Shown: positions 28,834 through 40,100 of the stretch, in pieces | Layout: the number at the start of each line of letters is the position of its first letter | Numbering within the stretch: the stretch's first letter is position 1 | Assembly: GCA_965262725.1 (NCBI GenBank) | Contig: OZ253555.1 | Location: 64,001-128,000 of the forward strand | DNA: 64,000 nucleotides | Origin: Dehalococcoidia bacterium | GTDB lineage: Bacteria > Chloroflexota > Dehalococcoidia > UBA2979 | Direction: 5' to 3' | Notes under the pieces: generated by a model | What the model saw: the letters and a program-made list of their open reading frames with translations, nothing else | Database searches by the model: none | What the model was told of the DNA's origin: nothing | Position numbers and translations under genes: made by a program

Positions 28834-29058
28834 GGAATTGGCATACTGACCGCACTATGCACAGGCGCCACATGCATCTGCTACGAGTCCGGGGACTTCG
28901 GGCGTGAGCGGTCTCTCCCTGCGCGGGCTGAACACGGCGTTGCGCCGCGAGATTCGGACGGTCGGCGTCAGCCATCGACGGCGACGCATCTTGCTGGTGA
29001 TCATCCTGGTCGCCGTCCTCGTCGGACGACACGCCGTCACGTGATCGCTAACGCCCTG
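28834..29058 (+). pseudogene. Internally deleted copy of the GIY-YIG/TM gene
   Basis: Shares ATTGGCATACTGA..CGC.CTATGC at the 5' end and GGTGATC.TC.TGG.CGCCGTCCTCGTCGGAC at the 3' end with 27880-28400. Confidence 0.75.
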
Positions 29059-29249
29059 TCACGACCGCCCGCGGGGGAAGCCGATGGGGCTCCTGACCTG
29101 CGTCGGGTGCAGCGTTCCGCTGCGCGAGGGCGGCCGAGGATTGGGCTGTCGTAGCAGAAGTGAATCGCTTGGGGCAGGAGCGATCAGGCGGCACCGCACG
29201 TCCGTCGCGGTCGGGCCCCCCGCCCCGCCGGGGCTGCCCATGGATCGAC

Positions 29250-29983
29250 GGACGACATCCGCGAGCGTGGACCACTCCAAGGGCACGACGAGCGCCGCCC
29301 GGCTGCTCTCGGCCGAGCACTTCACGGTGGGCGGGACGCTGCTGAAGGCCTGGGCCTCGCTCAAGAGCGACCGCCCGAAAGAACTCCCGTCGGCCCTAGT
29401 CGCACCTCGCTGGTGCACGCATCGCACGTCTGCTCGTGAAGCCGGCGCTCCAGGGCGAGCGACTCGTCGGACCATCCCCGGGGTTGCGGCTCGCCGGGCA
29501 CCCGCAGCGCGAGGTTGCTCCGCGCCGCCCGGGCACCGAGCTCCGCGGCGACCTTGATGGCGGTCACCTTGTAGTGGCGTGACAGCAGGTACGCGTCGTC
29601 CATCGTCAGCGCGCAGCCACCGCCCGCGCCGTACTGCTCGACGAGTCCGTAGAAGTGACGCCAGAACCGGCGCGAGTGGTGCTCCGTCGGCGGTAGCACG
29701 AGGTGCACGATCTCGTGGAGGAGTGTCGACGCGAGGGCAGCATGGCCGCGATCCGCGGCTGCACGGATCACGATGCGGCGACGGCGAGGGTCCGCCCAGC
29801 TCTTCGGCCTCGGATCGCCCCAGTGCCACTCGATGCGGCAGTGGTACGGGTAGTCCGCGTCGTCCAGCACCCGGTGCGACAAGGCCTGCGCCCACTCGGG
29901 CGTCGGTAGCATGGGGAAGAAGATGTCGGCCATCGCCTGCCCAGTCTGCCCCAACCTCGGCGCTGAGGCCCACCGGCGATACG
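29250..29983 (+). repeat. ~730 bp direct repeat, copy B
   Basis: Near-identical to 22168-22900; offset ~7083 bp. Confidence 0.95.
29361..29933 (-). CDS. SprT/YgjP-like protein (copy B)
   Basis: LLHEIVHLVLPPTEHHSRRFW; same length as copy A. Confidence 0.75.
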   Translation of the reverse strand: MADIFFPMLPTPEWAQALSHRVLDDADYPYHCRIEWHWGDPRPKSWADPRRRRIVIRAAADRGHAALASTLLHEIVHLVLPPTEHHSRRFWRHFYGLVEQYGAGGGCALTMDDAYLLSRHYKVTAIKVAAELGARAARSNLALRVPGEPQPRGWSDESLALERRLHEQTCDACTSEVRLGPTGVLSGGRS

Positions 29984-30382
29984 GTCGCCCCCTTCGGCCC
30001 CGACATCGACCTCCGCAGATGGGGTTTGCGGTACGCGGAGTCGGGGGCCGCGATGGGTTGGCGAGCACCCACGCCGACCAGCCTCGTGGGCTGGCCCACT
30101 TGGGCGTTAGTGCAACGCAGCTGACTGGCGTCGTCCAAGAGAAGGCGCCGGCGCAATGCCAAGCGGCGGCTCGGATGGTTCAACCGGGGGCGAAGTTCTT
30201 GGATGACCTGCGTGTTGCTCACACCGGCGAGTGAAGTATCACTAGTAGCCATGGAGCGGATCCACCCATTCAGCCGCGCCTCCCTTCAGGGTGTGGTGAA
30301 GTTGCTCCGCCGCGCGACCAGCCTCTTCGCTTGGGCGCAGGAAGCATCGCGTCGCAAGCTACGGCAGGAGGTCTTGCCTGAC

Positions 30383-32172
30383 ATGCTAGCCGAGGAGGCG
30401 CCTGCCCGATCAGGGACAGTGATACTCGACACTCCGGGCGCTGCCGAGGCGCTCAACAGCATTTCGCGCAAGGAGCACCGGTTCTACCGGATTCACACCG
30501 CGTTCCAAGAGCACGTCGACACACGTGACAATCCAGTAGTGCAAGCGGTGGTCTGGATGCTGGGCTACCGATTCGTCGACGCCAATGACCGACCGAAGCG
30601 AGAGCGCTACAACACGTTCAAGCCCGACATTGAATTCCAAGACCGTATCTTCCCTCCGTACCTGGATGACGTGGGGCGCCGCGACGATATCCGGTCGATC
30701 TGGGGAGATCTCGCTGGCCTCGTGGAGTCCCCAGCGGTGAGGGCGCGACTGCATGATCTGCTGTGGATCACTGAGCGAGGGCCCGACCGTCACAGTCACG
30801 CCATCAGCGCGATCGAGAACTATCTGCTGGCTGCGACGCCGGCACCGGGCACCGATCCTTGTGTAGAACAGCGACTCGACAGCGTCAGCCAGCTCACGAG
30901 GGCGTCCGAGCTGTCCGGAATGATCGGCGCGCCGGAACTCGCCGCGCGTGTATGCGCCCGCGCTGTGGAAGTCGTCGCTAGCGAACTGTGTCAGGAGGAC
31001 GCCAGTTCTCGTCCCGGTGCCTGGATGCCGCTTCTCGATCTGCTGATCAGCCTTGACGAGGAACAGCGTCCGTCGGATCTGCCGGGATACCTTGCCCGTG
31101 CCCACGAGCTTCTGACCCACCCCAATCACCGCTTGGCGCTCTTCCAGATGGAGGAAAGGCTCGCCCGTGGTCATCAGGATGAGATTGACCGGATCCAGCA
31201 AGCGGAAGCTGACATGCTCATTTCACATGCCCTGCAGCAGGAGGGGGGCTCGCAAAGGCGCACTGGCTCAGACAGGCGCTTGAGCTCACACGAGGCAGGA
31301 GTTGGGCAGGGAGCACCGAGCAACGCATCGTCGGAGAGCTGCAGCAGATCGACCCTGACTCATTCGACTGGCAGCAGATCACGTCTCAGGTCGAGATCTC
31401 AGCGGGGGATGTAGAGCGTGTTGTCGAATCGATCGTTGGCGAGGATCAGATCGAGGCAGCGCTCAAGCGTTTCGCTATGCTCGGTGGATCTCCGGTCGGA
31501 ACCCGCGAAGCGAGCGAGCGGGCGGTAGACGAGGTTGCCCAGAAGCTCGTGATCACGAACCTAGTGAACCGTAGCGTGTTCGACGAGAACGGCTATCCGA
31601 TTCGGCATGCGGAGACCCCCGAGAGCAAGCGTGAACTGGACATCCTTTCGCATGAGGCGCAGAACATTCTGTGGGATGGACTCTTCCGCGTGGTCGCACT
31701 CGACAGAATCGGTGCGCAATACGATCCCGACAGAGCGACGCTCGCAGAGCTCTTTCTGACGGAGGTCATCAATCAAGAAGAGGCGGATGCCTTCGCGCGG
31801 GCATTCGAGCACTACCGGGGGGAACGACCTGACGAGGCGATCCTAGTAGCGATGCCGCGCATCGAAGCGGTATTCCGCAAGCTACTCGAGGCAAGCGGTG
31901 GCGTCATCTATGACCCACCTCGGGGGGAGCGTCCCGGAGGGGTGAGAACTCTGGCCCCCATACTCCGCGCCCTTGGGGCATCGGCCGGGGACGAGATGAC
32001 GGACTGGTGGCGTTTCTTCCGCATCGCGCTCACCGAATCAACGCCCGGCTTGAACCTGAGAAACCGCTACGCCCACGGACTGGTGGTGACCGCGACGAAG
32101 CAGGACGCGGCAACAGTGCTTCGAATATGCGCGCTGTTGCGATTGTTTCGCGGCGAAGCGTCCAAGGCGTGA
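30383..32172 (+). pseudogene. DUF4209-like (C-terminal HEPN) protein split by a frameshift in a G6 run at 31243-31248
   Basis: Adding one G joins the N-terminal ORF to LAKAHWLRQALEL...RIEAVFR...GLNLRNRYAHG (RX4H); start uncertain. Confidence 0.75.
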
Positions 32173-32444
32173 CGGGTGACATACTCGTCACTGTGCCGCT
32201 ACTAGCCGGAGTGCCCACTCGAACGCGGCCTATCGCGCACGCAGCTTGACGATCACGAAGGTCGTCGACCCGCCTCACACCGAGCGCCGCCATGAAGCGC
32301 TCCCGCACCGCAGCGACGCGCAGCGTTGCCCGGTGAGGAGCTGCGAGAATGCTCTTCTCACGGGTGACGAGGATCCAACGCTTAGGATCGCCGGGCCGGA
32401 TCTGCTCTCCGTCGAGCCGTTCGGGGCGATCGGCGATCGGCGGC

Positions 32445-33353
32445 CTACATGTTCAAGAGTCGCAAGAATTCCCGCTCGTCGATGATCTCCAGGTCGTGAC
32501 CCTCTTCGGCGAGCGTCACCGCCTTGCGCAGTTTTGAGGACATCCCGTCGCTGCCGACTACCCCGAAGCGGGTCAAGCCGACTACGAGGTAGTTGAGAGT
32601 CTTCGAGACTGAGTCGGTAGGAACAGCCCCAACATCCAATACGAACTGGGCCGCTTCGGTGCGAGTCATCACATCTAGCGTTCCAGTGAACGCCACGCGT
32701 GCACCGTAGAGGGAGTGACCCTCGTCAAACTCATCGACGGTTGCGGCCAACTGTGCGAGCGACGGTGACCGGGTGGACGGAGTGAATGGTCCGCTGGATG
32801 TCAAGCGCCCAAGTGCACACTGTGTACGCTCGGCCAAGTCGATGAGTGACGTTGCACCGTGATAATCGCACAGCCATGCTGCCAAATGGGCCGCGGCCCT
32901 CGCGTCCGACAACGGTTCATGGTGATCAAGGTCGATGCCCAGTTCAGCGGCCAGTCGATCAAGACGGTATGTCCAGCGATCCGGCCAAGTTCTCTTCGCA
33001 AGGCGGTAAGTGCAGGCGAAGTCCCTCTCGGGACATGTATAGCCCCAGTGGTGAGCCGCAGTCCGGGCAACGGAGAAGTCGAACGCCGCATGGTGCGCAA
33101 CGGTGACGCGCTCACCAATCAGCTTGTCAACTGCTGACCAGACCTCTGGAAAGTCAGGAGCATTCGCAGTTTGTTCCGGCGTGATCCCGTGCACACTGAT
33201 GTTGAGCCCGTGGTACTCGTTGCTCGGCGGACGGATAAAATACCGATGTTCACCGGTCACCACACCATCATCGATCAGGACTAGGCCAAGGGCGCAGGCC
33301 GATGCTCGGGAGGCCGTCGCTGTCTCGAAATCGATCGCCGCGAAAGACCTCAT
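32445..33353 (-). CDS. DEDDh 3'-5' exonuclease (DNA pol III epsilon-like) with C-terminal BRCT domain
   Basis: AIDFETA, AHHAAFD, HHEPLSDA; VAFTGTL...SVSKTLNYLVVG...K..KA. Confidence 0.92.
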   Translation of the reverse strand: MRSFAAIDFETATASRASACALGLVLIDDGVVTGEHRYFIRPPSNEYHGLNISVHGITPEQTANAPDFPEVWSAVDKLIGERVTVAHHAAFDFSVARTAAHHWGYTCPERDFACTYRLAKRTWPDRWTYRLDRLAAELGIDLDHHEPLSDARAAAHLAAWLCDYHGATSLIDLAERTQCALGRLTSSGPFTPSTRSPSLAQLAATVDEFDEGHSLYGARVAFTGTLDVMTRTEAAQFVLDVGAVPTDSVSKTLNYLVVGLTRFGVVGSDGMSSKLRKAVTLAEEGHDLEIIDEREFLRLLNM

Positions 33354-33581
33354 TGGAAGACACTCACCTCTGGAAGCGCTGCTGTCCAGAACACAGCTCG
33401 GAGAGCAATATCACTGTCACGATTAGCCCCACTAGGGCGAGAATGATCAATCGCCGCCATGTAATCCACCCGGCTAGCACTTGAGCGGACGTCTCCAACT
33501 CGCTACCGCGTGCCCGCTCACTCCGCGCCGAGGTTGCCACCGGCAGTCCCCTGACCCGGACCGCGCGCTTGTCCCCGGTGC

Positions 33582-33645
33582 CGGGCCCGCCGCGCATGAC
33601 CCTCAGTCTGCTGAACTGAGGGTCGAGGGTTCGGATCCGTCCCAC
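33582..33645 (+). repeat. tRNA-Arg 3'-half/att-like site
   Basis: GGGCCCGCCGCGCATGACCC-TCAGT-CTGCTGA-ACTGAGGGTCGAGGGTTCGGATCCGTCCC; 30/32 through the T arm outside the loop; acceptor end lost. Confidence 0.92.
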
Positions 33646-33720
33646 GACCATCTCAAGAAGGTCGGCCAAATCGCGAATTTCCAACCAAACCGCCCCCGCG
33701 CCGTCCGCTGTGTTCACCCG

Positions 33721-33784
33721 CTCAGAACGAGAGCTCCAGATACAACTTGGCGCACCCCTTTTCGCACGACCGTAGCTTCATGCC
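33721..33784 (+). repeat. 64 bp direct repeat, copy A
   Basis: Matches 41167-41231 with 3 substitutions and 1 indel. Confidence 0.9.
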
Positions 33785-33929
33785 TTGTTTCCTCCCGTGG
33801 TGAGAAATCGGCCGGCGGCGGTCTCGGATATCAGCACCCTCGGCAGGGGCGAGCTCGCCCCGCCGAATGTCAGCCTGGAGCCAGCCCGCAATCGAGTAGG
33901 GCGCGCGTGCCTTCCAACCGTGAACTGCC

Positions 33930-34140
33930 CAAGCCGGCGGCTGCTCCGCGCCCAGGCCGCCCACCAGCTCGGCGAGGAACCGCGCGATGTCACCGCCGTG
34001 GAGGTGCTCGGGAACATCGAGGCGATGCTCTGGGTCGTGGAGGCGGTGCTGCCTGGGCGAACGATCACTGTAGAGATCGTGCTCGAGGCGCATCGGCGTC
34101 TGCTCGCGGGGACGCGCCTCGCGGAGCACGCGGGTCGCTA
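33930..34140 (+). pseudogene. Fic-family remnant paralogous to 17194-18465
   Basis: RRLLRAQAAHQLGEEPRDVTAVEVLGNIEAM...HRRLLAGT aligns with RRLLRADAARRLGNDPRDRTAEEVLANIDAM...HRLLLAGT. Confidence 0.85.
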
Positions 34141-34186
34141 TTGCAACTGCTTGAACGATAACCATTGATACTTCTACCATCCATCA

Positions 34187-37100
34187 GTGCAGAATCTTTC
34201 TCGATTCTGGCAGTTGGCGGGTGTGCAGGCTGGCGCCAGGCGCGCATCCGCTCGCCGGGGGGCGCCACCCCGGCGGCGCTCCTTCGCCGTGGTGGTGTTG
34301 CTTGGCCTGCTTGGGGCGCTGGCCTCGCCCGTCGCCGCCCAGATCCCACCGAGTACCGACGCCACGCTGAGCGGCCTCGAGCTGAGCCAAGGACGGCTCG
34401 ATCCGGCCTTCGCCACCGGCACGAGCGACTACACGGCCGCCGTGGGCTACACGGTCACACGCATCTCGGTCGTACCCAGCACGACGGACGCCAACGCTAC
34501 CGTCGCCTACCTCGACGGCAGCGACATGCCCCTGGCCGATGCCAACACGGTCACGGACGAACAGGATGTGGACCTGGTGGTGGGCGAAACCGTCGTGAAG
34601 GTGAACGTCACTGCCGAAGACACTTCCACCGTGCTGACCCACACCGTCACGATCACGCGCACGGAGGAGGACACCTCGCTGAGCCCGACGGCCAGCGATC
34701 CCTCGATCGCATTCGCTACCAGCGCGGTCTACCGGGTGACGTTCACCGGCGACTGGACCAGTTCGGCCACTCCGGGCGGTCTGCCCAGCGGCGCCCACTT
34801 TTCCCGATTGGTCGGCGCCGTTCACAGCGCGAACGTCACCTTTGTTGAAGGAGGCGAGACTGCAAGCGCCGGAGTCAAGTTGATGGCGGAAGTCGGCGTC
34901 ACGTCGGACCTTGGGGTCGAAGTGACCGCAGCCATGGCCGATGCGCTCTCGGTGCTCAAGGGTTCCAGCAACATCAACCGGACCAGCACCCAGAGCCTGA
35001 CGACCACGCTAACCAGCGATCATCCCCGGGTCACGCTGCTGAGCAGGGTGTCGCCGAGCCCGGACTGGTTCGTCGGCGTCTCGGGGCTACTGCTGCTCAA
35101 CTCCGATGGCCACTGGCTGCGCTCGCACCAGGTAGAACTCTACCCCTGGGATGCCGGCACCGAGGATGGCGGCGAGTTCTTGCGGACCAACGATCCGACC
35201 GTGCCGCCGGGTGAGATCACGAGCATCCGCGGCACCGGCAAGTTCTCGACCGAGCCGATTGCGAGCCTGACCTTCACGCTCGAATCGGTCAGCACCACCC
35301 GCAGCGTCGACGAGAACACGGAGGCGGGCGTCACCATCGGCGAGCCGGTCGTCGCCCCCGACAGCAGCGGCACGGTCACTTATTCCCTGGGCGGAACGGA
35401 TGCCGCATCGTTCGATGTCGTCGCAGCCACCGGCCAGCTCCAGACCAAGGCCGCGCTCGACTACGAGAGGAAGTCCAGCTACGAGGTCACAGTCACCGGC
35501 ACCGACACGGATGGCTCGGTCACCACCACCGTGGCGATCGAGGTCACCAACGTCATTGAACTCGCAACGTTCTCAGGTCCGACGATGGTCACGTTCGCCG
35601 AGAACGGCGCGACCCGCGTGGCGACGTTCAGCTATTCGTCGGACGAGGATCGGGACGGCATCCAGTGGTTGACGGGCGGGGTAGATCGCGGGCTCTTCAG
35701 CCTGGACAGCCCATCTGGCGCGCTCAGGTTCCTGCAAGCGCCGGATTTCGAGAACCCGTTGGATGTCGGGCCGCCGGGTCGCGGAACAGACAATAGCTAT
35801 GAGCTGAAGTTGGTGGCGTGGGCCAGAGACAGTGGTCCGATATTCACCGACGAGGTAGATGTCAAGGTCACGGTCACCGACGTGGACGAGGCCGGCGCGT
35901 TGTCGCTGTCTTCGACCCGTCCCGCGCTGGGCGCCGTGCTGACCGCCGTCCTCACCGACCCGGACGGCGTGACCGCCGGAACGGCGGTCTGGCAGTGGGA
36001 GAGGTCCACGGGCCGCCTGGCATGGAACGTGGTCGGCGGCGCGACCCTTGCCACATACACCCCGATGGCCGCGGACGCTGGGCACTACCTGCGGGTGAGC
36101 GCGTCCTATACCGATGGTCACGGCTCCGGCAGGACGGCCCAGACGGTGGCGCCCAACGTGGTGCTGGCGCGAACACTGAGCAGGCTTGAGGTCGCCACGA
36201 CCTCCTCAAGACAGATGTATCCCGCGTTCGACCCTGAGATTCTCCACTATGCCGTGGGTTGCATCGCGGCGGACACGCTCAGCTTGACACTCTCGACGAC
36301 GGACACCGACACCCGCCTGGCGGTCGACGGCGTCCAGTACGCCAATCAGAACACGGTCGTCGCGTTGACGGACAAGGGCGGCGGGAGCGACATCCTGATC
36401 ACGCTCGGCGGCGGCGGCGATGGTGCAAGCACCACCTACACACTGCACTGCCTCGCCGAATCTTTCCCCACGCTCACCGTGACCAAGCTCGACGGCGCGT
36501 CGGAGTCATTGATGACGGCCTCATTTGGGGTCAGCAGTGGCGTGGCGCACATTGCGATTATCGATAACAACGGCGTACCTCGGTTTCGGCGGCAACAGAC
36601 CGCAGCAGGGCACTTCAGGGCGTACCCGGACGGCGGATATCCCTATGCGTTAGCCGTCACAAGTGAACCGGCGTCATATGTCGTGTACGATGCAAATCTA
36701 GACCTTGTCCAGAGCGGGATCTCAACTGTCAATCTCCAGAACACTAACGGGTATGACTTCTTCATCAAATCGAACGGCGACTATGTGCTGATGGCCTACG
36801 AGCCTGCCGTACGTGATATGAGCTTCATTACTGAACGATACGGCCTGACCCACGGCAACGGTGATCCATTCGGCCCCGCCGAGGACACGGAGGATGCAGT
36901 TATTCAGGTCGTCTCGCCCACCGGTCGAGAGCTGTTCCTGTGGAACTCCTGGGATTACATGGCGCTCGAAGACTGTACGCAACATCGCTTCCCCGATGAC
37001 TACGCGCACATCAACTCGGTACAAGTCGTCGATGGGGACATCGTCGCCTCATTCCGGGGCTGCTCGAAGGTGTTGCGAATCGACGGGACCAGCGGCGAGG

Positions 37101-40100
37101 TGATCTGGCGACTGGGCAGGAGCAACCTCAGTACAGAGGAGTGGGAGAGCCGTGACATCGGCCCGCCGCCGCTGCAGATCGTCGGCGACCCCTATGGGGA
37201 GTTCTGTGGGCAGCATGCTGCGCGCTTGCTGGACAACGGCCACCTCATGCTCTTCGACAACGGCGTGGAGTGCCTCGAAGATCCGCGAACGGGCGAGACG
37301 GAACGAGTCGGCCGAGAGTTCAGCAGAGTCGTTGAGTACGCCATCGATCTGGACCACGGCGAAGCGATCTTCCAGCGTCACGTCTTTCTCCACGGCCGCA
37401 TGGACTCCTTGTCGTACTCGATGGGTCAAGCCGATCCGCTGGACAACGGAAACTGGTTGATCACCTGGGGTAGAGGCATCCGAAACCCCAATCCCGACCA
37501 CCCCCCTCCTGACGTGTCGGGAACGCAGGTGAATCCAGCGACCGGAGTCGAAGAACTCACGGTCGTCGCCATGAGCGGCGGCAACGTGATGACCGCAGGC
37601 CGGATGTACCCCGTGGCGCCGGTGGCGCTGGCGGCCGAACCCATCGCCCTGACGGCTGAGTTCCCCGGGAGCACGTACACATCAATCTTCAACCTCGGCG
37701 CCACCGATCCGCCGCAGGTGGTCGTGGCCTTCAGCCGTCCCGTGGTCGACTTCGACGAGACGTCGACGTCGCTCAGCGTCACGGGCGCGACAGTCGCGAG
37801 CGTGAGCGCTCACGTTGTCGCTGGTGAGCCGGCCAACGCCTACCTCGTCACACTGGCGCCGGACGGCGACGGTGCGATCAGCTTCCGTCTCGACACCGGT
37901 CAGGCCTGCGGCGCCAATGGCGGCATCTGCACAGCTGACGGGACAGCGCTGTCGGAGGCGCCCTCGGCGCTGGTGATCAGTGCTCCCGTCACCGTCTCGT
38001 TCGAGCAGTCCACTTACACCGTCACCGAAGGCGCCTCGCGGTTCGTGACCGTTCTCCTCAGTTCGGCCCACCAGGGCGTCCGCAGTGTCACCATCCCGGT
38101 CGTGCGGCAACAAACCACGGGCAGCGCCTCGGCCGATGACCTCACCCTGGACGAGAGCGTGACCTTCGAGGCAGGCGAAACCCGCAAGTCGCTGGCGTTG
38201 AACGCCACCGACGACGACCTCGTCGAGGGCGACGAGACCGCCACGATCGAGTTCGGCGCGCTGCCGGACGGCGTGACCGCCGGGTCGACCTCGACGGTGA
38301 CGCTCACCGACGCGGATCAGGCGCAGATCGCCTTCACCACCGTCGTAACGCAGATCTCCGAGGGGGGCCAGACGCAACTCAGCTTCGAGATCACGAACGG
38401 CGTCACGTTCGAGGTCGACCAGACCATCAATCTCACCGTCGGCGGCACGGCCACGGCGGAGGGCGACTTCACGCTCGTGGACGCCGGCAACCAGACGCTG
38501 TCCGATCCCTATGCCGTCATGTTCCCTGCGGGCGCGACCTCCGCCGAGGCGACCATCCGCGCAGTCGACGACGCCGACATCGAGCACGCGGCGGAGACGA
38601 TCACGGTGAGCGCACAGCTCGGCCTGACGGGCGCCACGCTCGGCACGCACACGGTCACGATTCCTCCCAGCGACGTGCCCGACACGCCGGTCGTCACCAT
38701 CGCCCCGGGGAGCGCCGTGTCCGAGGGGCAAGACGCCACGTTTACGCTCTCCCGCACGGTGACCCAGAGCCTGCCGCTCTCGGCCCCCCTGACGGTGTCC
38801 GTGGAGGTCACCGCCACGGGCTCCACACTGAGCGGTTCGCCGGCGCCGACCGTTCGCTTCGAGGGCGGCGACGCCACGGCCGACCTCGCCGTGCTCACAC
38901 TCGACGACAGCGTTGTCGAGCCCCCCGGCACGGTGACGGCCCTCATCCAGGGCAGCACGAGCAACCCCCCCGTCTACCTGACCGAGCCGCCTAACAACGC
39001 CACGGTGACCGTGAACGACAACGATGTGGCGGCCTTCACGCTCTCGGCCAGCAACGAAGAGGTAGCTGAAGGTGCCGCGGTCACGGTGACCATCGTGGCC
39101 GACGGTGTCACCTTCGCCGGGCCCCAGACGATCACGCTGACGCTCGGCGGCACGGCCACGCCAGTGGATGACTTCACGCTCGTCGACGGCGGCCGGGAGC
39201 TCTCGAACCCGTACGTCGTGACGCTGCCGGCCGGGGCCAGATCGGTGAGCGTGATGATCATGGCGGTGACCGATTCCGAGGACGATGCCGACGAGGCCAT
39301 CGATCTCTCCGTCAGCCACGAGGGCAGCGGTATCGGGAGCGTCACCATCACCATCACAGAAGCGCCCATCATTCTGCCGCCCGTCATCACCGGCGGTGGC
39401 GGCGGCGGCGGCGCGCCGTCCGGCCCGGTCCCCAGCGATGTCGAGTTCGAGTGGAACGTCACACGCGACATCGAGGAGCTCGCCAGCGGCCACGACGACC
39501 CGACCGGTGCCTGGTCCGACGGCGTCACGCTCTGGATCGCCGAGAACGGCTCCGGCGCCGCCGACGCCATCTACGCCTACGACCTCGAGAGCGGCGAACG
39601 CGTCGAGGACCGCGAGTTCGACCTGGACGCAGGCAACCTCGCGCCTCGTGGCGTCTGGTCCGACCGCACAACCATCTGGATCTCCGACAGCGGCAAGGAA
39701 AAGCTCTTCGCGCACGACCTCGCGAGCGGCGAGCGCCTCCCCGACTCCGACCTCGCGCTGCACCCCGACAACGACGACCCGCGCGGCATCTGGTCCGACG
39801 GCTCGACCATGTGGGTCCTCGACGACCGCGACGACGCCCTCTTCGCCTACGACCTCGCCGGTGGCACGCTGCTCGCCGAGTACGCCCTGCACGACGACAA
39901 CGACACGCCTCACGGCATCTGGTCGGACGGCGTCGGCGTCTGGGTCTCCGACCACAACGACAAGCGTCTCTTCGCCTACCGCCTGCCCGCCCTCGAGGAG
40001 GAGGACACGAGCGCGGACGAGGACGTCGCGGACGAGGAAGAGGACCTTGAGCTCGAACGTGTCACGGACGAGGAGTTCAAGAAACTCTCCGGCGCCAGCA

